A stretch of 64,000 nucleotides of DNA from Anaerolineae bacterium (GCA_041082215.1 JBDOIF010000006.1:1-64000), one strand, 5' to 3'. Positions 18,305 through 28,114 are shown, counted from the stretch's first letter. Program-made: numbers and translations. Notes: generated by a model from the letters alone, not told the origin.

Positions 18305-21300
18305 ATGGCCCGACTGGAAATCGCACTTCTGGGTTCCTTTCAGGTCACCCTGGACGGGGAGCCGGTGACCCGGTTTGAGACCGGCCCGGCGCGGCTGCTG
18401 CTGGCCTACCTGGTGTTGCATGCAGGAACGCCCGTGCAACGGGAGACGCTGGCGGACCTGCTGTGGTCAGAGCGGCCCCGCGCCGAGGCGCTGCACGCGC
18501 TGCGGCAGACCCTGAACCGCGTGCGCCGCGCCCTCGGCGAGCAGGAGGGAACGCCGTACTTCCTTCAGGTCACCCCCCAGAGCATCCAGTTCAACGCTCA
18601 GAGCGACTACTGGCTGGACGTGGACGCCTTTGTGAGCCTGATCGCCAGCGTCCAGCATCACCCCCATCGCCGACTGACCGCCTGCCGCTCCTGCATACGT
18701 CGGTTGGTCCAGGCCGCCGATCTGTATCGCGGCGAACTGCTGTGTGGCTTCCACCTGGAAAGCCTGCCCTTCCAGGAATGGCTTGTCATGGAACGCGAAC
18801 ACGTGCACCGGCAGGCGATGGATGCCTTTTATCACCTGGCGGCCTATCACGCGCAGCGGGAGGAACACGACCAGGCCCAGTACTACGCGCGGCGTCAATT
18901 GGAAGCGGAGCCGTGGCGCGAGGAGGCCCACCGCCAGTTGATGGCCGCCCTGGCGGCAAGCGGGCAGCGCAGCGCGGCCCTGGCCCAATACGCGGCCTGC
19001 TGCCGCATCCTGGCCGAGGAACTGGGGGTGGAGCCGGAGCCCCAGACGCAGCTGCTCTACGAACAGATCCGCGTCAGCAACTTTCCACCGCCCGCGCCGC
19101 CGCACAACCTTCCTGCTCCGCTCACCCGATTCATCGGGCGAGAGGCCGAAATGGAGCAGATCGCCGAACTCCTCAACACCCCCGGCTGTCGCCTGCTGAC
19201 CCTGACTGGCCCCGGCGGCGTCGGCAAGACCCACCTGGCCCTGGCAGCAGGCCGGCAGGCGGTTGCTTACTTCCCCGACGGCGTCTGGTTCGTGCCGCTG
19301 ACGGACGTGCGCGCCGAGGCCGGGGACAAGCTGCATGAGGCGCTGGCAACGGCCATCGCTGGTGCTATGGGCATCTCGTTCTCTGGCCAGGAAAGCCTCA
19401 AAGCCCAACTGCTGCGCGCCCTCCGCCCTAAAGAGGCCCTGCTGATCCTGGACGGGTTCGAGCACCTGCTGCCCGGCGCCGCCCTGATTCTCGATCTCCT
19501 CGCCCGCGCCCCCAGGATTACCGCGCTGGTCACCTCGCGCACGCGGCTCAACGCCCAGGCCGAACATGTCGTCCAGGTGGCGGGGCTGCCCACGCCGCCC
19601 GGCGACGACGACCCGGCCGCCGCCAGCTATGACAGCGTGCAGCTCTTCCTGGATCGGGCCGGCGCGCTGGCCGCCTCCGCCCACGATCTAACCCAGATCG
19701 TCCAGGTCTGCCGGCTGGTGGAGGGGCTGCCGCTGGCGATTGAACTGGCGGCCGCCTGGGCAGAGCACCTGCCAGCGGAAGAGATCGCCGCTAACCTGCG
19801 CCAGGGGTTGGACCTTTTGTCCGCCACGCGGCAGGATATTCCGCCGCGCCATCGCAGCATCCGCGCCGTCCTCGAAAGTTCCTGGCAACTGCTCTCGGCG
19901 GCGGAACAGCAGCTCCTGGCGCAACTCTCCGTCTTTCGCGGCGACTTCGACCGCGCTGCTATCCTGGCCATCACCGGAGCGCAGCCGGCCGATTTGATCG
20001 GCCTGGCGCACAAGTCGCTGGTGCAGCGCAGCGAGCCCGACCGCTATATACTCCACCCGCTGGTGCGCCAGTTCGCCGCCTGTAGCGCAACTCCACAGGA
20101 GTTGCGCTACAAGACGGGTGACCGCCACAGCGCCTACTATCTGGCGTTCGTCGGTCAGCGGACACCGGCCCTGCTGGGAAACGAGCCTCAGGCAGCTACC
20201 GCCGAGGTGGAGGCAGAACTGGCCAATGTCCGCCAGGCGTGGCAATGGGCTGTCGAGCGCCTCGAGGCTTGCAGCGCAACTCCTGCGGAGTTGCGCTACA
20301 ACATCGCCGCCCTGGCAGGAAGCGCCAGAGGACTGGCCTGCTTCTACACGCTGAAGGGGCTGAACCAGGAGGGAGAACAGACCTTTCGGAGGGCCGCCGA
20401 GGTAGTGCGCGCCGTCGTGCAGGCCCAGGAGCGGCAATCGCTCCCCGCAGAGGAGCTGGCCGCCGCCCTGCGGGCGCTGTCGCGGCTGCTGGCGGCACAG
20501 GGGCATTTTCTGGCCGCGCTCGGCGACAATCCGGCCGCGCTGGCCGTTCTCCAGGAGGCCAGCGAAGCTTCCAAAAGGGCATCCGCGCTCCTGGGAGACA
20601 GCGACCCGGTCGAACAGGCAATGCTCCTGGCCCGCCTGGGCACCTCGTATAACCGGACGGGGGACTATGTCCAGGCTATGAGCCATCTTGAGGCGGCCCT
20701 GGCGCTGGCCCGCCAGGCCGGCGACCCCAGGGCGGAGACCGAAGCGCTGACGTTACTGGCCCAGGCGACCAGCGAGCGCGGCGACTATGATACGGCGCAA
20801 CGCTATCTGAATGAAATTTTGACCCTGGCCCGCGCGCGCCAGGATCGGACGAGCGAGGCAGCCGCCCTCTCGATGCTGGGTTCGATTGCCTGGCGCTGGG
20901 GGGACCTGGCGCGGGCAGACGCCTGCTGCCAGGAAAGCCTGGCCATCTACCGGGAGCTGGGCAATCGGCAACGGATACCCAGGCTGCTCAACGTCTTGGG
21001 CATCCTCGCCATCTTGCAAGGGGACTATGCCCGGGCCGTGCAGCATTACGAGGAGAGCCTGTCCATCGCCAGGGAGGCCAACGACCGGCAGGCGGTCGCC
21101 GATATGCTCAACAACCTGGGCTACATCTACCATCATTACACTGGCGACCTGGAGCAGGCGCGGCGGTATTACCAGGAGTCGCTCTGCATCAGCCGGGAGA
21201 TCGGCCACCGGCACGGCGCGACGAGCACCCTGAGCAACCTGGGACACCTCCACGTCCTTTTGGGCAACCACAGGCTTGCCTGGGAACGGTTGCGCGAGGC

Positions 21301-21586
21301 GTTGAGTGAAGCCATAACCATCGGGGTGGCTCCTCTGATGCTGGACGCGCTGGTCGGCGTAGCCCTGCTGTGGGCCGAGACCGGGAGGGGAGAGGAAGCA
21401 GCGGAGCTGGTCGGGCTGGTCGTGAACCACCCGGCGACAGAGGTAGACAGCGCCCAGGCCGCTGAGGCGGTCCTGGACAGGTTATGCGGGGCGCTGCCGG
21501 CCGATCGAATCGAGAGGGCCCTGGAGCGCGGCAGGGCGCTGGAATTGGGCGAGGTCGTCGCGGCTCTCATCGCTGAACATACGTAA
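18305..21586 (+). CDS. AfsR/SARP-type regulator: wHTH + BTAD + NB-ARC-like ATPase + TPR repeats
   Basis: LEIALLGSFQV, EPWREEAHRQLM..LGVEPEPQT (BTAD), HNLPAPLTRFIGRE, GPGGVGKT, GLPLAIELAA, C-terminal TPRs. Confidence 0.92.
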   Translation: MARLEIALLGSFQVTLDGEPVTRFETGPARLLLAYLVLHAGTPVQRETLADLLWSERPRAEALHALRQTLNRVRRALGEQEGTPYFLQVTPQSIQFNAQSDYWLDVDAFVSLIASVQHHPHRRLTACRSCIRRLVQAADLYRGELLCGFHLESLPFQEWLVMEREHVHRQAMDAFYHLAAYHAQREEHDQAQYYARRQLEAEPWREEAHRQLMAALAASGQRSAALAQYAACCRILAEELGVEPEPQTQLLYEQIRVSNFPPPAPPHNLPAPLTRFIGREAEMEQIAELLNTPGCRLLTLTGPGGVGKTHLALAAGRQAVAYFPDGVWFVPLTDVRAEAGDKLHEALATAIAGAMGISFSGQESLKAQLLRALRPKEALLILDGFEHLLPGAALILDLLARAPRITALVTSRTRLNAQAEHVVQVAGLPTPPGDDDPAAASYDSVQLFLDRAGALAASAHDLTQIVQVCRLVEGLPLAIELAAAWAEHLPAEEIAANLRQGLDLLSATRQDIPPRHRSIRAVLESSWQLLSAAEQQLLAQLSVFRGDFDRAAILAITGAQPADLIGLAHKSLVQRSEPDRYILHPLVRQFAACSATPQELRYKTGDRHSAYYLAFVGQRTPALLGNEPQAATAEVEAELANVRQAWQWAVERLEACSATPAELRYNIAALAGSARGLACFYTLKGLNQEGEQTFRRAAEVVRAVVQAQERQSLPAEELAAALRALSRLLAAQGHFLAALGDNPAALAVLQEASEASKRASALLGDSDPVEQAMLLARLGTSYNRTGDYVQAMSHLEAALALARQAGDPRAETEALTLLAQATSERGDYDTAQRYLNEILTLARARQDRTSEAAALSMLGSIAWRWGDLARADACCQESLAIYRELGNRQRIPRLLNVLGILAILQGDYARAVQHYEESLSIAREANDRQAVADMLNNLGYIYHHYTGDLEQARRYYQESLCISREIGHRHGATSTLSNLGHLHVLLGNHRLAWERLREALSEAITIGVAPLMLDALVGVALLWAETGRGEEAAELVGLVVNHPATEVDSAQAAEAVLDRLCGALPADRIERALERGRALELGEVVAALIAEHT
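20081..20111. repeat. GTAG-type palindrome inside the CDS (in-frame)
   Basis: Perfect 14-bp arms TGTAGCGCAACTCC-ACA-GGAGTTGCGCTACA, encoding CSATPQELRY. Confidence 0.85.
20270..20300. repeat. Second in-frame GTAG-type palindrome inside the same CDS
   Basis: TGCAGCGCAACTCC-TGC-GGAGTTGCGCTACA, encoding CSATPAELRY. Confidence 0.85.
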
Positions 21587-21628
21587 CTCTTGCCCTCTTT
21601 GACCAGAAGGTTTTGAGGAGGTGGTCCG

Positions 21629-22057
21629 ATGGCCGTTATCGAGCGCAGCTTCTTTGTCAAAGCACCGCCGGAGCAGGTCTTCGCTTTCCTGGCCGACCAC
21701 GCCAACGACCCCCAATGGCTCCCCGGCCTCACCGACAGTCGGAACTTCACTGGCGAGGGGACCGATTACCGCTGGGAGTGGACGTTCAAGATGGCCGGCA
21801 TCTCTTTCGACGGCACCGGCATTGTCCTGGAGCACAACCCGCCCCGCCGACACGTGGTGGAGACCCGGGGCGGGGTTGTGAGCACCTGGGCCTGGACGCT
21901 GGAGCCGGAGGGGGAGGGAACCCGCATCTCCCTGCGACTGGAGTACACGGTCCCGGTGGCCGCCCTGGGTAAGATCGCCGAGAAGCTCCTGCTCAAGCAA
22001 AACGAGAAGGCCGCCGACGAGGGCATGGCCAACCTGCAACGCATTCTGGGCTTCTAA
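21629..22057 (+). CDS. SRPBCC (START/polyketide cyclase-like) family protein
   Basis: IERSFFVKAPPEQVFAFLAD..NDPQW; TLEPEGEGTRISLRLEY; GAGGAGG RBS. Confidence 0.85.
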   Translation: MAVIERSFFVKAPPEQVFAFLADHANDPQWLPGLTDSRNFTGEGTDYRWEWTFKMAGISFDGTGIVLEHNPPRRHVVETRGGVVSTWAWTLEPEGEGTRISLRLEYTVPVAALGKIAEKLLLKQNEKAADEGMANLQRILGF

Positions 22058-22077
22058 AGCGGCAGCTCCCGGTTTAA

Positions 22078-23292
22078 GTGAACGGACGCGAACGGGTCCT
22101 CACCGCTCTATCCCACCAGGAACCGGACCGGGTGCCCATTGATCTGGGGGCAACTCCGGTCACCTCCATCCATCCCATCGCCTACCGCCGCCTGAGGGAA
22201 TACCTGGGGCTGGAAGGGCAGCCGGTCCGTGTGGCCGACATCCTCCTCCAACTGGCGGAGGTCGAAGAGCCGGTCCGTCAGCGGTTCGGGGTGGATGTCG
22301 TGGGGCTGCCGGTCCTGGAGCCGCTTCCCGGCGTACGGAATACCCGCTGGAAACCGTGGACCCTCCCCGACGGCTCCCCCGCCCTCATCTCCGCCGACTT
22401 CGCACCGGAGGTGACAGAGAAGGGAGACCTGCTCATCCGGGGAGAGGACGGCTCCATCTCCCACTGGATGCCCGCCGGAACTTATCATTTCCTCCCCAAA
22501 GACCCCCCCCTGGCAGAGGCCGTCCTGGAAGACCTGGAGCGGTTCCAGCCCCGCCGGACCTCCGACGAGGAGCTGGAATTCCTGCACCATGCCGCCCATC
22601 GTCTCCACGAAGAGACCGAATATGCCCTCTTCGGCTGGTTCGGCGGGAGCCTCGTAGAAGGAGCCCAGTTCGCCCGCGGCTGGGTCCGCCTGATGCAGGA
22701 CCTGAAACGCAATCCGGAGTTCGTCGCTGCACTGGTGGAAAAACTGGCCGGGGTGGCACTGGCCGACCTGGAGCGGTATCTGGATGCCGTGGGGGAGTAT
22801 GTCCACGTCGTCGGCTTCGGGGACGACCTGGGGGTCCAATCCGGCCTCCAGTTCCACCCCGACATCTACCGGCAGCTTTTCAAGCCCCATCACCGCCGCC
22901 TCTACGGACGGGTTCACGCCCGCACCCGTGCCTACGTCTTCCTCCACACCTGCGGCTCCGTCTATGAGCTGATCCCGGACCTGATCGAGGTGGGGGTGGA
23001 TATCCTCAATCCGGTGCAGACTTCGGCCGCGGGGATGGAGCCGGAGCGGCTGAAGCGGACGTTTGGCGACCGGCTTTCCTTCTGGGGCGGGGGCTGTTGC
23101 CCGCAAAGGGTGCTCCCCTTCGGGACGGAGGCGGAAGTGGAGGCGGACGTGCGGGAGCGGCTGCGGACCTTCGCCCCTGGCGGTGGCTACGTCTTCGCCC
23201 CCATCCACGACATCCAGCCGGACGTCTCCCCCCGCAACCTGGTGGCTATGTACGACGCGGCGCTGCGATGGGGACGGTACCCTGTCGAGTGA
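22078..23292 (+). CDS. Uroporphyrinogen decarboxylase-like / MtaA-CmuA methyltransferase family protein
   Basis: RERVLTALSHQEPDRVPIDLG, GDDLG, FLHTCGS, ILNPVQ, GGGYVFAPIHDIQ. Confidence 0.85.
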   Translation: MNGRERVLTALSHQEPDRVPIDLGATPVTSIHPIAYRRLREYLGLEGQPVRVADILLQLAEVEEPVRQRFGVDVVGLPVLEPLPGVRNTRWKPWTLPDGSPALISADFAPEVTEKGDLLIRGEDGSISHWMPAGTYHFLPKDPPLAEAVLEDLERFQPRRTSDEELEFLHHAAHRLHEETEYALFGWFGGSLVEGAQFARGWVRLMQDLKRNPEFVAALVEKLAGVALADLERYLDAVGEYVHVVGFGDDLGVQSGLQFHPDIYRQLFKPHHRRLYGRVHARTRAYVFLHTCGSVYELIPDLIEVGVDILNPVQTSAAGMEPERLKRTFGDRLSFWGGGCCPQRVLPFGTEAEVEADVRERLRTFAPGGGYVFAPIHDIQPDVSPRNLVAMYDAALRWGRYPVE

Positions 23293-23348
23293 GAGGGGCC
23301 GTCTTCTGTTGCGCAAACGTCGAAAATATGCTATACCCTGTTCTGGAT

Positions 23349-24593
23349 ATGAGCGCCACACCTCCAACTGTAAATGTGAGAGAGATCCTCAGCTCATTCC
23401 TCCAGGGCCTGGCAGAGGAGGACCTGGACGAGCTGGCCCGCGAGGCCGCCGTCCGTTTCTTCCCACCCGGCGCGGTGATCTGTCGGGAAGGAGAGCGGGG
23501 GGATGCCGTCTTCCTCGTCGCTGAGGGGCACGTGGAGGTGGTCAAGCGGCTGGACGACCAGAGCGAGCGCCATCTCCACGACGCCGGACCGGGGGAGCTG
23601 TTCGGCGAGATGGCGATCCTGGGGGAGGACATCCGCACCGCTACCGTGCGGGCCGTCGAACCCACCACCCTCCTGGAGGTCGGGCGGGAACCCTTCCTGG
23701 CCGTGCTGGAGCGAAGCCCGTCCCTGGGCCTCCGCATCCTCATCCGGCTGACGCGCCGGCTGCGGGAGGCCGACCAGCAGGCCATTGCTGACCTGCGCCG
23801 GGCCAATGAGGAGCTGCTCCGGGCCCTTCGGCGGCTGGAACGGATTGACCGCACCAAATCCGACTTCATCCAGGTGGCGGCCCACGAGCTGCGCACTCCG
23901 GTCGCCGCCCTGATGGGGTACGCCCAGATGATGCAGGAAAACTCCACCGTCAAACGGGACCCCGAGCTCAGGCCCCTGGCAGAGGGAATCGTGGCGGGCA
24001 CCCGGCGGCTGCACAGGGTTTTCAACAGCATTCTGGACCTCTCGCGGGTGATGAGCGAGGGCATGCGCATCCGCCGCAGCCCGGTGAGCATCGCTGTCAT
24101 CTTTCAGGGAATCCACTCCGAGTTTGAGGAAGCTCTGAGAAACCGAAATCTCTCCTTCGAGTGGCGGGGGCTGGAGGAACTTCCTTTCTGCCTCGCCGAT
24201 CCCGACCTGCTGTACAAGGCCTTCTATCATCTGGTGAACAATGCCATCAAGTACACGCCCGACGGAGGTCGGGTTACCGTAGTGGGTCGCATGGTGGAGA
24301 CGCCGGAGCTGGGGAAGTGCATCGAGGTGACGGTGGAGGACACCGGCATCGGCATCGCTCCGGAGGACATCGAGCTGATCTTTGAGAAGTTCTACCGCAC
24401 CGGAGAGGTGGCGCTGCACTCCTCAGGGACGACCAGCTTTAAGGGGGGAGGGCCGGGGCTGGGGCTGGCGATCGCCCGGGGGGCGGTGCTGGCCCACAAC
24501 GGACGCATCTGGGCCGAGAGCCCCGGCTACGACGAGAAGGCCTGTCCGGGAAGTCGGTTCGTTGTCCAGCTGCCGCTGGAATCTGAAATGTGA
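23349..24593 (+). CDS. cNMP-binding sensor histidine kinase
   Basis: GELFGEMAIL...RTATVRA; H-box AAHELRTP; N-box NAIKYT; DTGIGI; GPGLGL. Confidence 0.9.
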   Translation: MSATPPTVNVREILSSFLQGLAEEDLDELAREAAVRFFPPGAVICREGERGDAVFLVAEGHVEVVKRLDDQSERHLHDAGPGELFGEMAILGEDIRTATVRAVEPTTLLEVGREPFLAVLERSPSLGLRILIRLTRRLREADQQAIADLRRANEELLRALRRLERIDRTKSDFIQVAAHELRTPVAALMGYAQMMQENSTVKRDPELRPLAEGIVAGTRRLHRVFNSILDLSRVMSEGMRIRRSPVSIAVIFQGIHSEFEEALRNRNLSFEWRGLEELPFCLADPDLLYKAFYHLVNNAIKYTPDGGRVTVVGRMVETPELGKCIEVTVEDTGIGIAPEDIELIFEKFYRTGEVALHSSGTTSFKGGGPGLGLAIARGAVLAHNGRIWAESPGYDEKACPGSRFVVQLPLESEM

Positions 24594-24697
24594 AACGTCA
24601 AACGTCAAACGTCAAACGTCAAACGTCAAACGTCAAACGTCAAACGTCGCAAGTCAAAAGGCAGGTAACGTTTGACGGATGACGCCTGACGTTTCAC
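24590..24697. repeat. (AAACGTC)8 tandem array plus degenerate inverted copies between convergent genes
   Basis: 8 exact copies at 24593-24648; ends GTGAAACGTCA / TGACGTTTCAC are inverted and contain both stop codons. Confidence 0.9.
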
Positions 24698-25818
24698 GGG
24701 TAGTATTCCATCTCCCATTGCTCCAGAACCTGGGAGGAGCCGTTTTCCAGCCGCCAACCCCTCTCCGTCTGTACCAGCAGCCACTCCACATCGTACAGCG
24801 TGGCGATGACCCGCCCGTAGACGTTGTCCAGCGCCCGCACCTGGGCAGCGACGGTGGCCTGTCCCCCCTCCTGTGACACCACCCGTGTCGCCCCCACTTC
24901 CACCCTCAACGTGGTGGAGAACCCCAGCGCCCATTCATCATAGGGGCGGACCGTCTGAGCGGTGGATGAAAGCAACCCATATGCCCCTGGCAGGTCCCGA
25001 TCGTTCAGCGCCAGATAGAAGGAAGCCAGGGCGTGGAGAGGGGTGTCGGTCACGTAGGGATGGGGCCGATGGCGGTAGAACCAGGCGTACCGGTCCCACG
25101 TCCAGGCATAGTGGCTCCCATCCCATGTGTAAACGATCTCCCGCACCAGGTCCCCCTCCGGCTCAAGCCGCACCACCACCTCTTCCACCAGGTCCCTGTC
25201 CGTATCCTCGATCCGCACCCCGCCATCTCCCCGGAAAGCGCCGAGGAGGGCATAGTGGTTCCCGTCCCAGGCGAAGATGTGCAGGAGGTCAGTGCCGATC
25301 CCGATGTGTCCCCAGATCGCTACCTCGCGCCGTCCGTCGCCGTTGAGATCCCGTATCTCCAGCTCACACGAAGGGTATTCCCCCAGCCCTCTGGACTCCT
25401 CGCTTTCCGGTGGGGCCAGGTCGTACCAGCCCGATCCATCCAGGACAAAACCGTGAACCTGGGGAGGCTCGGTGGGGGTCCAGTAGAGGCCGACCCATTC
25501 CAGCTCCCCGTCGTCATCGGTTTCCTCCAGGCGCAGGCAGAGAGGCTGGATACCCCGTCCTTCCAGCCGCTCCTCCCCCGCGGCGATGGTGGCCAGCACT
25601 GCGGTGGGGGTGAGACGGGGAGGCGGGAAGGGAGAAGGGGAAGGGGAGACAGGGGGAGGCGGGGAGGAAGAGGGAGAAGGGGGGAGGGAAGGGGAAACAG
25701 GAAGGAACGGTGAGGGTGAGGGAGAAGGGATAGAAGAGAGACAGGCTGCAAGGGAAAGAAGGCAGAGGGAAAAGGGGATAAACCGTTGTGGTCGGCACAG
25801 TGAGAGAGGCGAAGTCAT
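24694..25818 (-). CDS. Hypothetical lipoprotein with Pro/Ser linker and FG-GAP/VCBS-like DxxxDG motifs
   Basis: LAAC lipobox, PSPS tract, DLNGDGRRE, DTDRDLVEE. Confidence 0.7.
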   Translation of the reverse strand: MTSPLSLCRPQRFIPFSLCLLSLAACLSSIPSPSPSPFLPVSPSLPPSPSSSPPPPVSPSPSPFPPPRLTPTAVLATIAAGEERLEGRGIQPLCLRLEETDDDGELEWVGLYWTPTEPPQVHGFVLDGSGWYDLAPPESEESRGLGEYPSCELEIRDLNGDGRREVAIWGHIGIGTDLLHIFAWDGNHYALLGAFRGDGGVRIEDTDRDLVEEVVVRLEPEGDLVREIVYTWDGSHYAWTWDRYAWFYRHRPHPYVTDTPLHALASFYLALNDRDLPGAYGLLSSTAQTVRPYDEWALGFSTTLRVEVGATRVVSQEGGQATVAAQVRALDNVYGRVIATLYDVEWLLVQTERGWRLENGSSQVLEQWEMEYYP

Positions 25819-25874
25819 AGGCCCTGCTCCTGAAGTTCAGACGTGAGTTCGGACACAAACGCTCATCGCTCTTT

Positions 25875-25903
25875 TTGACGCTTTGCTCCCTCTATGCTAT
25901 ACT
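25875..25903 (+). promoter_or_regulatory. sigma70 promoter of the HNH gene
   Basis: TTGACG-N17-TATACT with extended -10 TG. Confidence 0.75.
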
Positions 25904-25925
25904 GTGTGAAATCAGGAGGGCGAAA

Positions 25926-26429
25926 ATGAACAGGCCGGTCCTCGTCCTCAACGGCAACTACGAACCGCTCAACGTCTGCACCACGAAGCGGGCTATGGGG
26001 CTGCTGCTCTCTGGCAAGGCCACGGTGCTGGAGAACGGTCGGGGCTTCATCCGCACCGTATCTGCCGTCTACGAGCGCCCGTCCGTCATCCGGCTGGTCT
26101 ATGTTGTGCATCGGCCCCGCCCCCGGGTTCGCCTGAGCAAACGGGAAATCCTCCGTCGAGACGAGTATCGCTGTCAATACTGCGGCCGGCAGGCTTCCAA
26201 CCTGACGGTAGACCACGTTGTCCCCCGTCACCAGGGTGGGCAACATTGCTGGGAGAATCTGGTAGCGGCCTGTCCTCAGTGCAACCGCCGCAAAGGGGGA
26301 CGCACGCTGGAAGAGGCGCGGATGAAACTCCTGCGCGAGCCTTTCGAGCCGCGACCCTCCGCCCATTACCTCTACGGCACGTATCTGCAGGAAAACAAGG
26401 AGTGGATCAAATACATTGACGGCTGGTGA
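25926..26429 (+). CDS. HNH endonuclease (McrA-like, widespread VLVLN type)
   Basis: VLVLNGNYEPL, RRDEYRCQYCG, LTVDHVVP, WENLVAACPQCNRRKG; AGGAGG RBS. Confidence 0.92.
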   Translation: MNRPVLVLNGNYEPLNVCTTKRAMGLLLSGKATVLENGRGFIRTVSAVYERPSVIRLVYVVHRPRPRVRLSKREILRRDEYRCQYCGRQASNLTVDHVVPRHQGGQHCWENLVAACPQCNRRKGGRTLEEARMKLLREPFEPRPSAHYLYGTYLQENKEWIKYIDGW

Positions 26430-26499
26430 TGTCGGGCGGTCGGTCCATCCTGCCAGCCACCGATCCTCCGCTCCACCCCTCCGAAGGGCAGCCCTCAGC

Positions 26500-27654
26500 C
26501 TACACCCGCTCGTAAGGGTCGAACATCTTGGCGTACTCCTGGAGCGCGAAACGGTCGGTCATACCGGCAATGTAGTCGCAGACGACGCGATGAAGGTCCT
26601 CCCCCTCCTCGACCCGGGCCTGCACCTCCCTGGGTAGCTGCGCTGGCTCGGAGACGTAGGCCTCGAAGAGTTCGCTCACCACTCGCTCCGCCTTTTTCTG
26701 CATCCGGATCACCCGGGGATGGCGGTACAGTTTTTCGTAGAGAAAAGACTTCAGCTCCCGGTTCACAGGCTGAAGCTCCGCCGAGAAGGCGACGACGTTT
26801 TCCGGGAGCGCGCGGAGTTCATCCACTGAAGCTGGGGCGGCCCGCTCCAGGCGGCGGGCGGTCTCCTCCAGCAGGTCAGTCACCATCAGCCCGATCAGCC
26901 GCCGGATGAGCCGGTGGCGGATCAGATCGGTGAAATGGTTGCCGTCCCAGCCGATGCTCTCCTTGAGCCGCCGCCACCAGGCCACATCCTCCAGCTCTCT
27001 GGGGGCGATCAGCCCGGAGCGGAGTCCGTCGTCCAGGTCGTGGGCGTTGTAGGCGATCTCGTCGGCCGGGTTGGCAAGCTGCGCCTCCAGCGTGCCCCGT
27101 CTGGTCGGCTCAAAGCCCGCTGCGTCGGATACGTCGTACTCCGTCTCGTGCTTGACGATCCCCTCCCGCACCTCCCAGGTCAGGTTGAGACCCCGGAATT
27201 CGGGAAAGCGGTGTTCGAGGAACTCCACGATGCGCAGGCTCTGTCGGTTGTGGTCGAAACCGCCGTGGTCGGCCATCAGCCTGTTCAGGGCTATCTCTCC
27301 GGAGTGGCCGAAGGGGGGATGGCCCAGGTCGTGGGCCAGGCAGATCGCTTCCACCAGGTCCTCATTGGCCCCCAGCGCCCGTGCCATCGTCCGCCCGATC
27401 TGCGCCACCTCCAGCGTATGGGTCAGCCGGGTCCGGTAATAATCCCCCTCGTAGGTTACGAAGACCTGGGTCTTATACTCCAGGCGACGGAAGGCCGTGG
27501 TGTGGAGGACCCGATCCCGGTCCCGCTGGAAGGCGGTGCGGTAGGGATGTTCCTCCTCCGGCACCTCTCTCCCCCGTGAATCCCGGCTCTTGAAGCCGTA
27601 GGGGGCCAGCATACGGGCCTCCCTTTCCTCCTGCAGTTCCCGTGTGATGAACAT
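26500..27654 (-). CDS. dgt: Deoxyguanosinetriphosphate triphosphohydrolase-like (HD domain)
   Basis: FQRDRDRVLH..FRRLEYKTQV, RTRLTHTLEV, HDLGHPPFGHSGE, DYIAGMTD. Confidence 0.92.
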   Translation of the reverse strand: MFITRELQEEREARMLAPYGFKSRDSRGREVPEEEHPYRTAFQRDRDRVLHTTAFRRLEYKTQVFVTYEGDYYRTRLTHTLEVAQIGRTMARALGANEDLVEAICLAHDLGHPPFGHSGEIALNRLMADHGGFDHNRQSLRIVEFLEHRFPEFRGLNLTWEVREGIVKHETEYDVSDAAGFEPTRRGTLEAQLANPADEIAYNAHDLDDGLRSGLIAPRELEDVAWWRRLKESIGWDGNHFTDLIRHRLIRRLIGLMVTDLLEETARRLERAAPASVDELRALPENVVAFSAELQPVNRELKSFLYEKLYRHPRVIRMQKKAERVVSELFEAYVSEPAQLPREVQARVEEGEDLHRVVCDYIAGMTDRFALQEYAKMFDPYERV

Positions 27655-27683
27655 CTCCCCTCTCCAGCTCGAGAGTCGGTTCG

Positions 27684-27712
27684 AGTGTATCATCCCCCCG
27701 GAGGGTTGTCAA
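27684..27712 (-). promoter_or_regulatory. sigma70 promoter of dgt
   Basis: Minus strand TTGACA-N17-TACACT with extended -10 TG. Confidence 0.75.
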
Positions 27713-27910
27713 GCCTCCGCCTCTGCTGGATGAGGCAACCGCAAAGTCCTGCCAGCCGACTACGACAGGAGAAAAAACCACGGGGCGCAGGGGACACAGA
27801 GAGACTTCGAGAAACCTCAAAATTCTCCATAGAACTCCGGGTCCTCTGTGTCTCCGCGTGAGAAAAAGCTCAACTGCGTATAAGCCCTGACCACAGAGGG
27901 AGTATTCGAC

Positions 27911-28114
27911 GGGTGCATTTCAGTTTTTTGGAAGATGCGGTAACTGCCTGCGCTGGAGGCTAATTGCTCTGCCTGGCCCTCACCCCACCCCCTGGCCCCC
28001 TCCCCTCTCCCGCGCGGCGGGAGAGGGGAGGGGATAGGGGGTGGGGTGAGGGATCAAACCAACATCAGGTGGGCAAAATTAAGGTGTAACTCGCCACCAA
28101 ACTGAAATGCACCC
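27911..28114. mobile_element. 204-bp MITE with 16-bp TIRs and 9-bp target-site duplication
   Basis: TIRs GGGTGCATTTCAGTTT / AAACTGAAATGCACCC; GTATTCGAC repeated at 27902-27910 and 28115-28123; internal hairpin at 27977-28052. Confidence 0.9.

Noticed and set aside
7996..21586. Surface-protein block as a prophage or integrative element
   Set aside because: No integrase, transposase, phage genes, tRNA or att-like direct repeats were seen.
22078..23292. Annotation as hemE
   Set aside because: Has the HxCG Zn-type motif and PDRVP N-terminus of URO-D-like/methyltransferase proteins; function left open.
25834..25854. GTTC repeats as a LexA box
   Set aside because: Spacing is GTTC-N8-GTTC, matching neither GTTC-N7-GTTC nor GAAC-N4-GTTC; kept as an unassigned motif.
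25926..27654. HNH nuclease plus dGTPase as an anti-phage system
   Set aside because: The genes are convergent with separate promoters, both resemble widespread chromosomal types, and there is no defence-island context.
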